Source: an uncultured Flavobacteriaceae bacterium
Lineage (GTDB): Bacteria > Bacteroidota > Bacteroidia > Flavobacteriales > Flavobacteriaceae
DNA length: 64,000 nucleotides
Assembly: GCA_963798435.1 (NCBI GenBank)
Contig: CAWCTF010000005.1
Span: 44,169-108,168 of the forward strand
Reading direction: 5' to 3'
Shown: positions 1-10,362 of the stretch, in pieces
Numbering within the stretch: position 1 is the stretch's first letter
Layout of the letters: every line of letters begins with the position of its first letter
Notes under the pieces: generated by a model
Database searches by the model: none
Told to the model about the DNA's origin: nothing
Seen by the model: only the letters and a program-made list of their open reading frames with translations
Program-made: the position numbers and the translations under genes

Positions 1-416
1 TTATTGACCAGATTGTTGAAGACGATCGTATTTTTGGAAACCGCCTTCTGTTTGGCCATTTTTTTAAATTCGACCAATGGTTTGTAGGCAATGAATTCAC
101 CTTGTTTATAAGAAACATTCATCTTATCCAATAATTCGACATTGTATTTTTTTTCCAAGGCCTGGATAAAGTGCACCGAGGCATCAATAGAACAACCGGA
201 AGCTTTATTCAACGATTGATCCAGCCCTAAGACAATAAAACGATTGTATCGAATTTCATAGCCCGCCTTTAGGTCAGCTCCATGGGCGGTCCAATCTTCG
301 ATAAAGCGATCCATGGATTTAGAGATCTCGATCAATTCTTCATTAGTAAAGCTCCGACTTCCTTGAAAGATCCAGATCCTCGAATCGTTTGATAATGTCT
401 TGAAGTCAATCAGCAT
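1..416 (-). CDS. Conserved hypothetical protein; C-terminus runs off the left edge of the window
   Basis: The minus-strand frame is open from the ATG (reverse complement of 414-416) to the window edge. It is absent from the ORF track because it is truncated. My translation is MLIDFKTLSNDSRIWIFQGSRSFTNEELIEISKSMDRFIEDWTAHGADLKAGYEIRYNRFIVLGLDQ...IVFNNLVN. From memory it resembles a small Bacteroidota family often mislabelled ABC transporter ATPase. No Walker motifs are visible. Confidence 0.6.
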   Translation of the reverse strand, partial: MLIDFKTLSNDSRIWIFQGSRSFTNEELIEISKSMDRFIEDWTAHGADLKAGYEIRYNRFIVLGLDQSLNKASGCSIDASVHFIQALEKKYNVELLDKMNVSYKQGEFIAYKPLVEFKKMAKQKAVSKNTIVFNNLVN

Positions 417-487
417 AGTTGTATCTCAATTTAATAGTTACCCAGTTCCCTTAGGTGGCAGGAATCTAATTCAACGCTGATTCCCGT

Positions 488-1279
488 TTATAGGTCTTTC
501 GCACTCGCGATCAATTCTGCGATGTCTAGTACCTTGACAGCCATTTCTTGTTCCTTGCCTTTCACTCCATCGGTCAACATAGTATTGCAAAAAGGACAGG
601 CGGCGGCAATTATTTCCGACCGGGTTTCAAGTGCCTGTTCAGTGCGTTCAATATTGATGTCCTTAGCCCCTTTTTCAGGTTCTTTGAACATTTGGGCTCC
701 ACCAGCACCACAGCACAGCCCCTTTTTCCTGCAATTTTTCATCTCGACCAATTCTGCATCCAGTTTTTTGATCAATTCCCTAGGCGCCTCATAGATGCCA
801 TTCGCTCTCCCTAGATAGCAGGGGTCATGGTAGGTTATCCGTTTTCCTCTAAATTTTCCACTCTCGACGGAAATTCTACCTTCAGCCAATAACTCATTTA
901 AAAACTGAGTATGATGCACTACCTCATACTGTCCCCCAAGGCCGGGATATTCGTTTTTAAGCGTATTAAAACAATGCGGACAGGCTGTCACCAGCTTTTT
1001 TACACCATAGGCATTCATGACCTGTATATTGGTCATGGCCTGCATTTGAAATAAAAACTCATTTCCAGCCCTTTTTGCGGGATCCCCCGTACAACTTTCT
1101 TCGGTTCCCAATACGGCGAAGGTAACGTTGGCCTCGTTCAAAATCTTCACAAAGGCCTTGGTAATCTTCTTCGCCCGATCATCGAAGCTGCCGGCACAGC
1201 CCACCCAGAAAAGTACTTCCGGCTGTATTCCAGCGGCAGCCATTTCGGCCATTGTGGGTACTTTTAGCTGATTATCCAT
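488..1279 (-). CDS. (Fe-S)-binding oxidoreductase subunit with two cysteine-rich CCG domains (HdrD/GlpC/LutA-like)
   Basis: The ORF track gives 488..1339. The likely start is MDNQLKV at 1279, one nucleotide after the upstream gene's stop at 1281-1283. CCG-type motifs are present: VGCAGSF, ACPHCFN, HDPCYLGR, LCCGAGG and ACPFCN. Confidence 0.85.
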   Translation of the reverse strand: MDNQLKVPTMAEMAAAGIQPEVLFWVGCAGSFDDRAKKITKAFVKILNEANVTFAVLGTEESCTGDPAKRAGNEFLFQMQAMTNIQVMNAYGVKKLVTACPHCFNTLKNEYPGLGGQYEVVHHTQFLNELLAEGRISVESGKFRGKRITYHDPCYLGRANGIYEAPRELIKKLDAELVEMKNCRKKGLCCGAGGAQMFKEPEKGAKDINIERTEQALETRSEIIAAACPFCNTMLTDGVKGKEQEMAVKVLDIAELIASAKDL

Positions 1280-1280
1280 T

Positions 1281-2606
1281 TTATATTTCTTTGCTCCAAT
1301 TAATCCTATCCATTTGGTTGAAAGGCCAAGGCGCTCCATTATTTTCTATGTTGCCCATCATCGTATTTAATTCAGAAGGGGCCGCAGATTGTTCCATTAC
1401 TAAAAATTGGCGCATGTCCATGATTATCGAGAGCGGGTCGATACTTACCGGACATGCTTCCACACAAGCATTGCACGAAGTACAGGCCCATAACTCCTCA
1501 CGCGTTATATAGGTATCTAACAACTGTTTGCCGTCATCTACAAATTTGCCCCTATTTTCCTTGATATTTTTGCCTACTTCCTCAAGTCGATCTCGTGTAT
1601 CCATCATGATTTTACGAGGAGACAGCTTTTTCCTGTCTGATTCGCGGGACATTCGCTGGTACAGCGACCACATTCGGTGCACGTATAGGCATTCAGAAGT
1701 TGTACCCAAGATAAATCGAAGACATCGGAGGCCCCAAATTTTTCAGGGATTTCTGAACTTTCAGCCGAAACCGCAAACGGATCTGCCGAAGGATCCAGCA
1801 TTAGGCGTACTTCGCGTGTCACCGAATCGAGGTTTTTGAATTTCCCTTTAGGCCCCAATTTGCCATAATACGTATTCGGAAAAGCTAATAAAATATGTAA
1901 ATGCTTGGAATAATATAGATAGTTCAAAAACAGTAGGATTCCTACAATGTGCAACCACCAGGCGGTTCGTTCCAACGCGATCAGATCTAGGGATCGACAT
2001 ATTGGTAAATAAATTCGCAATCAATGAACTTACCGGGAAGGCACCGGCTATTGTATAATGTTCTGCCCCCAATTGTTGCAATTGAAAATCGGCCGCGTTC
2101 ATGGTTAAAAAAAACAGCATCAGCGCCAATTCTATATAAAGAATCAAATTTGCATCCGTTTTTGGCCAACCTTTCATTTCAGGTTTTATAAAGCGCCTCA
2201 AACGAAGTATATTTCGGCGGATCCAAAACAAAATGACCGCAATGATCACCAATACTGCCAAAACTTCAAAGGTGGCAATAAGAATAGTATAGATAGCACC
2301 TAAAGGGGCAAAAATTCGATGCGTCCCAAATAGGCCATCAATGATAATCTCAAGAACTTCGAGATTTATGACAATGAAACCCAAATACACAAGAATGTGA
2401 AGCAATCCTGGAACGGGTCTGACCACCATCTTGGTCTGACCCATGGCGATACGTGCCATATTTTTAAAACGAGTGGCTTTTTGGTCGCTAACATCGACCT
2501 GCCTTCCTAGATTGATATTCCTGCGTATTTGTCCAACGTTTTTAACAAAGAAACCGATACTCGCTATGAGTATGATTGCGAAGATTACATTGGGAAGATA
2601 CGCCAT
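1281..2606 (-). pseudogene. Membrane-anchored 4Fe-4S dicluster protein, partner of the CCG subunit; broken by two frameshifts as sequenced
   Basis: Three overlapping minus-strand ORFs (1848..2606, 1604..2020, 1281..1709) together read as one protein of about 441 aa. It has an N-terminal multi-TM segment, then the CTECGRCTSECP and CTSCNACVEACP ferredoxin motifs. The frame switches lie near 1990-1992 and 1627-1631. Confidence 0.8.
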
Positions 2607-3575
2607 TTATTGGTTGTCAATTTTTGCTGCGGGATCATCTTCAGGTAGCTCATAGTCTATCTGCTTCTTTCCAAAGACAGAAACATTCACATATCTTTTC
2701 GGATTCAATCGCACATCCTGTAGCAAAAGCTCCAATTCCCTTGAGGCGCGACTCAAATTATCATAGAGTTTCTCGTCTTTTAGCAATTTACCAAGCGTAC
2801 CGTCTCCTTGTTCGATTCGGCCCATTAATTTGTCAAGATTGGTGACCGTTTTTTGTAAGCTTGCCAGTGTCTTTCCAAGTCCCATGTGGTTCAAGGAATC
2901 TGAAAATTCCGCGAAATTATGAGTGAGGTCCTTGAAATTTGTCAAGGAACTGTCTAATTTACCCTTGTTGTTGTTTAAAATCTGATTTAAAACATTGGCA
3001 CTTCCCTGCAGATTTTTCATTAAACTGCTTAATCCGGCGATACTTTCCCGCAAATCTCTTTTTGTTCCGTCATCCAAGATATCATTCACATTCATCATCA
3101 GCGAATCGGCGTTCGTTACCGCTCCTTCCACCTTTTGTTGAAGTGGCGTTAATCGTGTCTGCAATAACTCGGTAAGACCCGGTTTTGAGGAGGACCTTAA
3201 AGTATCTCCCGATTTGGCCAGGGGTGCACCATCGAAAACGGGGTTTATTTGAATTCCCTTACCTCCGATAATGCCCGTATCATATAATTCGGCTTCACTG
3301 TTGCCGGAAAAGGAAAAGTCGTTGCTTACTGTGAAGGTAACCACCAAATCCCCTGATGTATCCTTGAATTTTATATTGCTTACCGCACCTACCGTAAATC
3401 CGTTGATCGAAACTTGTGTCCCTGCCTGTAAACCGCCAACATTCTTGTAAACGGCATAGAGGGTTTTGCTATTATCGAATAACGGTGTCGATTTAAGATA
3501 ACTGAACCCCAAAATGAACAAAAGGATACCGCCAATTACAATAATTCCTGTTTTAATTTCCCTGGATAGTTTCAA
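2607..3575 (-). CDS. MlaD/MCE family protein (lipid-trafficking substrate-binding component)
   Basis: 322 aa with a single N-terminal TM (IVIGGILLFILGF) followed by an MCE-like beta domain (VNGFTVGAVSNI). The C-terminal region is coiled. The stop abuts the start of the downstream Fe-S gene. Confidence 0.8.
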   Translation of the reverse strand: MKLSREIKTGIIVIGGILLFILGFSYLKSTPLFDNSKTLYAVYKNVGGLQAGTQVSINGFTVGAVSNIKFKDTSGDLVVTFTVSNDFSFSGNSEAELYDTGIIGGKGIQINPVFDGAPLAKSGDTLRSSSKPGLTELLQTRLTPLQQKVEGAVTNADSLMMNVNDILDDGTKRDLRESIAGLSSLMKNLQGSANVLNQILNNNKGKLDSSLTNFKDLTHNFAEFSDSLNHMGLGKTLASLQKTVTNLDKLMGRIEQGDGTLGKLLKDEKLYDNLSRASRELELLLQDVRLNPKRYVNVSVFGKKQIDYELPEDDPAAKIDNQ

Positions 3576-3628
3576 ATGATAAATTTTGAGTTCTTAACAA
3601 AATTAGAAATAAATTTTACATATGGTCG

Positions 3629-4999
3629 CTAATCTGAAACGTATTTAAGTGCTTCTGGGAGGGGAATTCGCATACCATCCTTATACGCCACGATATAGGC
3701 ATTGGAATATCCTTTTAATTCGGCGTTCGCTTTTAGTTTTTCAGCCGCTTTATAGGAAGTTGTGCTGCCATACATATAGCGAAAAAGGTTCGTATACGGT
3801 TCTTTGGATAAATCTCCCAGCCCTTTAAAAATCTTTGAGTTCAATGACAAGTCCCTACTACTTGCCAATAGTTGCACCTTGAATAAAATATTGGCATGCT
3901 CCAAGGCAGCTGTATCACTCATTTCTGCCTGGCTACCGTTCGAATTTGAAGGATTAAGTTCCTTGGGCAACGAGGTCGCGTCAACGGCTGTCCCTCCCGA
4001 TATTTCCGTAGAAGTTTCGTTTTTAGCCTGGTTGATTCCCGATGGCATATCCGTTTCGTTCGCTGCTTTTTTTTCAGGTTGCGTTCCTGTATTTTCCGAT
4101 ACGATATCCTGCGTTTTTTCAACCGATTTATCAATCTTTTGAGGTACTTGATCTGCTGGCTTGACAACATTGGTCACAGTTGGCGCTACATTTGATTGCA
4201 CGCTGTTCTTGTATTTTAAAATGGCTTCTGCGATTGCCGTACCCATTTCAGATTGGCCCCTTTGCGAATTCAAATAGGCCCCTTCATCTTTGTTGGTCAA
4301 GAAACCTGTTTCAACAAGTACGCTAGGCATAAAGGTTTGGTGAAGTACGATAAAACCCGCCTGTTTTACTTTTCGATCGTTTCTCTTCAACCCGCCTGCA
4401 AGATTATCCTGAATATCGGTTGCCAATGCAATACTTTGATCTAAGAACTCTTCTTGCATAATGGTAAGTCCGATTACCGACTCCGGGGAATTGATGTCAT
4501 AATCGGCATAGCGTACTTCATAATTATCCTCTAAATAAATGACCGAGTTCTCTTTCTTGGCAATTTCGAAATTTTGTTTATTGGCGTGTAGACCCAATAC
4601 AAAGGTACCAGCCCCATGGGCATCTGAGGTATGAGAATCACAATGTACCGACACAAATAGATCCGCCTTGGCTTTGTTGGCAATTTCGCCCCGCACAAAA
4701 AGGTCTACGAATTTATCATCCTTTCGGGTATAGATTACCTGTATGTCGGGGTGTTTTTCAAGAATCGCGCCGACTTTTAAAACGATGTTCAAGGCTATAT
4801 TTTTCTCTAAATACCCATTCCCTAAATTTCCTGGGTCATGCCCTCCGTGCCCCGCGTCAAGTACGACGATAAATTTATCGGAACTCCTTGGCACATCCCC
4901 TGCGGTATTAAAGGAGGAAAATACCAAGGACAAGATTAAAATCGGTATATGAAAAATCACTCTAAAGTTCATTCTAGCTCGGTATTTTGGGGTGTTCAT
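3629..4999 (-). CDS. N-acetylmuramoyl-L-alanine amidase (Amidase_3) with a C-terminal SPOR domain
   Basis: The VVLDAGHGGHDPGN and SVHCDS motifs are typical of AmiC-type amidases. A low-complexity linker follows, then a SPOR-like C-terminus (FKVQLLASSR...YKDGMRIP). The likely start is MNTPKY at 4999, or MNFRV at 4972, rather than the ORF-track start at 5089. Confidence 0.85.
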   Translation of the reverse strand: MNTPKYRARMNFRVIFHIPILILSLVFSSFNTAGDVPRSSDKFIVVLDAGHGGHDPGNLGNGYLEKNIALNIVLKVGAILEKHPDIQVIYTRKDDKFVDLFVRGEIANKAKADLFVSVHCDSHTSDAHGAGTFVLGLHANKQNFEIAKKENSVIYLEDNYEVRYADYDINSPESVIGLTIMQEEFLDQSIALATDIQDNLAGGLKRNDRKVKQAGFIVLHQTFMPSVLVETGFLTNKDEGAYLNSQRGQSEMGTAIAEAILKYKNSVQSNVAPTVTNVVKPADQVPQKIDKSVEKTQDIVSENTGTQPEKKAANETDMPSGINQAKNETSTEISGGTAVDATSLPKELNPSNSNGSQAEMSDTAALEHANILFKVQLLASSRDLSLNSKIFKGLGDLSKEPYTNLFRYMYGSTTSYKAAEKLKANAELKGYSNAYIVAYKDGMRIPLPEALKYVSD

Positions 5000-5048
5000 T
5001 AAGGTTAAATTTATGGTAATTCGCAACAAGGGGAACAAAAAATATATG

Positions 5049-5056
5049 TAAGTTTG
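5049..5056 (+). promoter_or_regulatory. Candidate Bacteroidota sigma-A -7 box (TAagTTTG) for the LptD-like gene
   Basis: Exact match to the TAnnTTTG consensus. It overlaps the nominal TTG start at 5054 given by the ORF track. Confidence 0.35.
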
Positions 5057-5116
5057 GTTTTCAATTCCGATAACTATCAGGACGGCCAAACCTTTACAAA
5101 AATAGGATATCTAGCT

Positions 5117-7822
5117 TTGCAATCAAACAATCATCATTTACTTTTCCTATTCCTGCTATTTATTAGTGTTCTTGCTGCATCAGCCCAGGAAGGCCAGATT
5201 GTTCCGCTACCCATAAAAGTGATTAAAGATACGATTATCGCACCACTTTATCCTGCACCGGTTAGCGACTCGATCGCCCAACAAGATTCTACTAAGGCCA
5301 AGGCGCCATTGTTATTGGACAAAATAACATACAAGGCGAAGGATTATGTCAAAATGAGCCAAAGAGACCATCAAATATATCTTTATAATGAAGCTGAGAT
5401 CTATTACCAGGATACCGAGCTAAAGGCAGGCATCATTATTATGGACTATGTGAAAAATGAAGTCTATGCAGGTCGAATCAAAGATTCCTTGGGCAATTAT
5501 TCACAACTGCCCTATTTTAAACAAGGTGAAAATGTGGTAATCCCAGATTCGATCCGGTTTAATTTTGACACCCAAAAAGCCATTATATGGAACTCCCGAA
5601 CCGAACAACAAGCCGGTATAGGCCCCCTAGGAAGTGATGTAATGAAAGTCTATGCCGAAATTACCAAAAAGGAGAATGACTCGGTATACTTTTTACGGGA
5701 AGGGAAGTTGACGACCTCTAAGGACACGATAGACCCCGACTATTACATACGCGTACGCAAAGCCAAATTTGTACCCAAAAAGAAAGTAATCGCCGGTTTT
5801 AGCAATCTGTATATTGCCGACGTGCCCACGCCTATTGCCTTGCCCTTTGCTTATTTCCCGTTGAAAGTCGGGCGCACCGCTGGATTGATGATGCCAACGA
5901 TCGGAAACGATCCCAACCGAGGCTATTTTTTACAGGGAGGTGGGTATTATTTGCCCATCAGTGATTTTGTTGACCTTACAGTAACCGGCGATTACTACAC
6001 CAATGGAAGTTATGGCCTTATGACCCAGTCGGTGTATGCCAAACGCTATCGCTATCGCGGTACCTTGAACTTTAGGTATGAAAATCAGGTGATCAGTCAA
6101 AAAGGTTTCGATGATTATGCAAGAAACACGATCTACAACCTGCAGATGTCGCATTCCCAGGATGCCAAGGCGAGCCCGAATTCCCGGTTTTCGGCATCGG
6201 TTAACCTCGGTAGTAGCTCGTATTATCAGAATTCACTATTGCAACAAAATTTACCCAATACCCAAAACAATACATTGAGTTCCTCCATTTCGTATTCAAA
6301 GACGTTTCCTGCCTATCCTGCGGTAAATACAAGTTTGACCATATCGCATAGTCAAAATACGAATACCGAAAAAATAGAAATGACCCTGCCCACCTTGCAG
6401 GCAAGTATGGAACGAATTTTTCCGTTTGCCAAAAGGGAAGGAATTAAAAAGGGGGTTATACAGAACATCAATTTTCAGTACGATTTGAATGCCCAGAATC
6501 GGCTTTCTACGAACGACGCCGATTTTTTGACGGGTAGAATGTTCGATGGTGCCAAAGTAGGTGCACGACATCGAATTCCGATCAGCACGAATTTTAAGGT
6601 GGCCAAATTTTTTAGTGTTAGTCTTGGGGGCAATTATGAGGATGTTTGGACACTTGAAACCTATCAAAAACGGTATGATGCCAATGCAGGCGCCAATGGT
6701 GCAGGCGCCGTCGTAAAAGATACGATTAAAGGCTTTGATCGCTTCAATAAATATAGTCTTAGCGCAAGTATCGGGACCACTTTGTACGGGACATTTATTT
6801 TTGGGGAGGACAAAAAAATTCAGGCGATACGCCATGTTATGCGTCCTTCGATCAGTTATGGGTACGCCCCTTCATTCGAACAATTCTACGATGAATATCT
6901 GGATGCAAATGGAAAGGTGATTCAATACAGTCGATTTGAAGGCACCTTGAACGGTTCCCCGAGTTTATCTAGGTCGAATAGCCTAAGTTTTTCTTTGGCG
7001 AATACTTTGGAAGCCAAGGTGCGTGATAAGGATTCTACGGCAACCAAGCCCAAAAAGGTACCTATTTTGAGTAACTTTAACATAGCGACCAGCTATAATC
7101 TGGAGGCCGACTCCTTGAAATTAAGTCCGTTTACCTTGAACGGAGGTACCACGTTATTGAAAACCAAAATGTCGATCAACTTTTCAGCTGGATTAGACCC
7201 GTATGCCATCGACAATAACGGCAGGCGTATCAATACATTCAACATCAACAATGGGGGTAGCCTATTTCGCTTGACACGAGCCAATGTAAACGTGGGCTAC
7301 TCGATTAGTAGTAAGGACTTCGATAAGGAAAAAGAAGACCCCAAAGACCCCGATGATCCAGAAAGCGGAGAATACTATGTAGCGGCAAGCGGCGGAAGAA
7401 CCGACGACCTGTTCGGACAGGCAGATAACTTCGAAAATCCCGATCAACGCACAAAAGATACCGAGGATGTCGAAAATCCGGTCTATAGCACCAAAATACC
7501 ATGGGACTTCAGATTGGCCTATTCAGCGAGCTACTCTAATTCGGCCAGACAAAACGAATTCAGCAGTCATTCGTTGATGTTTTCTGGGGATATCGAATTA
7601 TCACCTCGTTGGAAAGTGGGTGGATCATCGGGCTACGATTTCAAAAATCAGGGATTTACGCTTACCCAATTGCGCTTTGAACGCGATTTGAAAAGTTTTA
7701 ATATGCGGTTTACTTGGTCCCCATTCGGAAAATATGAGCGATGGTATTTCTTTATCGGTATTAAAAGCTCCATCCTTAGTGACTTGAAATGGGAAAATAG
7801 AAGCCAACCAAATCGACGGTAG
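5117..7822 (+). CDS. LptD-like outer-membrane LPS-assembly protein (large beta-barrel)
   Basis: Open frame of about 900 aa (ORF track 5054..7822) with beta-barrel-like alternating sequence and a C-terminal aromatic-rich strand. There is no in-frame ATG before residue about 100. A TTG at 5117 would give the signal peptide MQSNNHHLLFLFLLFISVLAASAQ. The size and sequence match the family annotated as putative LPS assembly protein LptD in Bacteroidota. Confidence 0.7.
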   Translation: MQSNNHHLLFLFLLFISVLAASAQEGQIVPLPIKVIKDTIIAPLYPAPVSDSIAQQDSTKAKAPLLLDKITYKAKDYVKMSQRDHQIYLYNEAEIYYQDTELKAGIIIMDYVKNEVYAGRIKDSLGNYSQLPYFKQGENVVIPDSIRFNFDTQKAIIWNSRTEQQAGIGPLGSDVMKVYAEITKKENDSVYFLREGKLTTSKDTIDPDYYIRVRKAKFVPKKKVIAGFSNLYIADVPTPIALPFAYFPLKVGRTAGLMMPTIGNDPNRGYFLQGGGYYLPISDFVDLTVTGDYYTNGSYGLMTQSVYAKRYRYRGTLNFRYENQVISQKGFDDYARNTIYNLQMSHSQDAKASPNSRFSASVNLGSSSYYQNSLLQQNLPNTQNNTLSSSISYSKTFPAYPAVNTSLTISHSQNTNTEKIEMTLPTLQASMERIFPFAKREGIKKGVIQNINFQYDLNAQNRLSTNDADFLTGRMFDGAKVGARHRIPISTNFKVAKFFSVSLGGNYEDVWTLETYQKRYDANAGANGAGAVVKDTIKGFDRFNKYSLSASIGTTLYGTFIFGEDKKIQAIRHVMRPSISYGYAPSFEQFYDEYLDANGKVIQYSRFEGTLNGSPSLSRSNSLSFSLANTLEAKVRDKDSTATKPKKVPILSNFNIATSYNLEADSLKLSPFTLNGGTTLLKTKMSINFSAGLDPYAIDNNGRRINTFNINNGGSLFRLTRANVNVGYSISSKDFDKEKEDPKDPDDPESGEYYVAASGGRTDDLFGQADNFENPDQRTKDTEDVENPVYSTKIPWDFRLAYSASYSNSARQNEFSSHSLMFSGDIELSPRWKVGGSSGYDFKNQGFTLTQLRFERDLKSFNMRFTWSPFGKYERWYFFIGIKSSILSDLKWENRSQPNRR

Positions 7823-7860
7823 TCAAAAGTTGAATCTTTAGAATAGAAAAAAACAACCCT

Positions 7861-8244
7861 ATGAAAAAAATCATCAACACTTCGAACGCCCCAGCGCCAA
7901 TCGGACCTTATAATCAGGCCATTCTCAGTGGGAACACCTTATATATCTCCGGTCAGATACCTATCGATCCTACTACAGGAATGCTCGTTGAGGGCGATAT
8001 TAAAAAAGAAGCCAAACAAGCCATGGAGAATTTGGACGCCATTTTAAAAGAAGCAGGCATGTCGTTCGAACAGGTAGTAAAGACTACGATTTTTTTAAAG
8101 GATATGGGTCAGTTTGCTGCGGTCAATGAAGTGTATGGTGCGTATTTCAATCAAGAAACAGCACCAGCCAGGGAAACTGTAGAAGTGGCCTGTTTGCCCA
8201 AAAACGTTCGGGTCGAGATTTCCATGATCGCGGTAAACGACTGA
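7861..8244 (+). CDS. ridA: RidA/YjgF family reactive-intermediate deaminase
   Basis: 127 aa. APAPIGPYNQA...GQIP...ARETVEVACLPKNVRVEI is the characteristic RidA signature. Confidence 0.9.
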   Translation: MKKIINTSNAPAPIGPYNQAILSGNTLYISGQIPIDPTTGMLVEGDIKKEAKQAMENLDAILKEAGMSFEQVVKTTIFLKDMGQFAAVNEVYGAYFNQETAPARETVEVACLPKNVRVEISMIAVND

Positions 8245-8404
8245 AAGACACTATAATAGGATTGTTTTGGTCTGGAAAAGGTTTCGGGATGGCCACTAGA
8301 GTGGCCAAGAAGGAAACTGCGAAAACAAAACCAAGCATAGCATGTACACATGCAGCAACATGAGGTATCTTTTTCTATTATAGTCGATTAATCCCGATTT
8401 CCTT

Positions 8405-9256
8405 TTAGATGGTCTGTACGTGGAATTCGACCAGGCCATCGATGGGTCGCTGTCGAATAACCCCTGGTACCAGATCGTTCCGTTCGAGTACCGTAGTGAG
8501 CTCATCCTTTAGGAAATAAGCGATACTGCCCACGAAATGAATCGGAACCTTTGTGGCCAATTCAAATTGCATCACATGATTGTTTATGAACTGTTGAAAG
8601 CCTTTATCAATGACACCTTTCGAATACGGATGGTCTTTATTTTCGACCAAGAATCTGGCAAAAGTCGCCAAATAGGTATTCGGGTTGGGTTGTTTGTATA
8701 AATTCTCCTTGATTACATCTGGATCTAAATTGTACCCTTTTTCAAATTTTCGGGCTAGATCTTGTGGCATTTTATGGTAATAGTAATCACGGATCAATTT
8801 GCGGCCGAAGAAATTCCCACTTCCATCATCCATAGGGATATAACCCAAGGAAACCACCTTTTGGATCAATTGATGACCATCATAGTAGCTACAATTCGAA
8901 CCCGTTCCTAGGATGCACACGATACCTTGATGTCCTACCTTTGTCGTAGCGTATATAGCGGCGTAGGTATCTTCCTTTACTTCCACTTTGGCCTTCGGAA
9001 AAAAATCATTGAAAATCTTCCTCAAAAATTTACGCATACGATCCGTACCGCATCCCGCTCCATAAAAAAATAATTGGGTTACCTTATCCCTATTTTTAGA
9101 AAGCTCAAAATTATTGGCCAACCGATCCTCAATTACTTCTTTGGTAAGTACTTCCGGACTAAGTCCCAAGGTTTGCGTAAGGAATAATTGAACCCCATTT
9201 TTATCAAGGGCAATCCAATCGGCCTTCGTGGCCCCACTATCTACTATCAATATCAT
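8405..9256 (-). CDS. BadF/BadG/BcrA/BcrD-type ATPase, N-acetylglucosamine-kinase-like
   Basis: 283 aa. The N-terminal ILIVDSGATKADW phosphate-1 motif and GTGSN motif belong to the ASKHA sugar-kinase fold. Confidence 0.7.
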   Translation of the reverse strand: MILIVDSGATKADWIALDKNGVQLFLTQTLGLSPEVLTKEVIEDRLANNFELSKNRDKVTQLFFYGAGCGTDRMRKFLRKIFNDFFPKAKVEVKEDTYAAIYATTKVGHQGIVCILGTGSNCSYYDGHQLIQKVVSLGYIPMDDGSGNFFGRKLIRDYYYHKMPQDLARKFEKGYNLDPDVIKENLYKQPNPNTYLATFARFLVENKDHPYSKGVIDKGFQQFINNHVMQFELATKVPIHFVGSIAYFLKDELTTVLERNDLVPGVIRQRPIDGLVEFHVQTI

Positions 9257-9333
9257 AGATTCCTATTTAAAAATTTTCCTGAAAGCGAAGGCTTTGAAGC
9301 ACGCTTTCAGGAAATCCTCAAGTCAAGATGTTC

Positions 9334-10339
<1,006 letters not shown>

Positions 10340-10362
10340 TGCTTACTTTTTTAAAATTAAAA

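Noticed and set aside
522-814. ORFs 522..794 and 548..814 (+) and many similar 60-180 aa ORFs antisense to or overlapping long genes. Examples are 6296..6835, 16190..16693, 17221..17556, 26863..27273, 43244..43630, 45795..46127, 49936..50337 and 57036..57371.
   Set aside because: They lie entirely inside well-supported conserved genes on the opposite strand or in another frame. Their composition is low-complexity or biased and they have no recognisable motifs. They are shadow ORFs.
1604-2020. Programmed ribosomal frameshifting or phase variation as an explanation for the split genes.
   Set aside because: No slippery heptamer plus downstream structure is visible. The runs are short (2-5 nt) and affect unrelated housekeeping genes in both indel directions. 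That pattern fits sequencing or consensus error better.
8291-8306. Palindrome ggccac-taga-gtggcc between the convergent ridA and kinase genes, considered as a terminator.
   Set aside because: The stem is only 6 bp and has no flanking T-tract on either strand. That is too weak to call.
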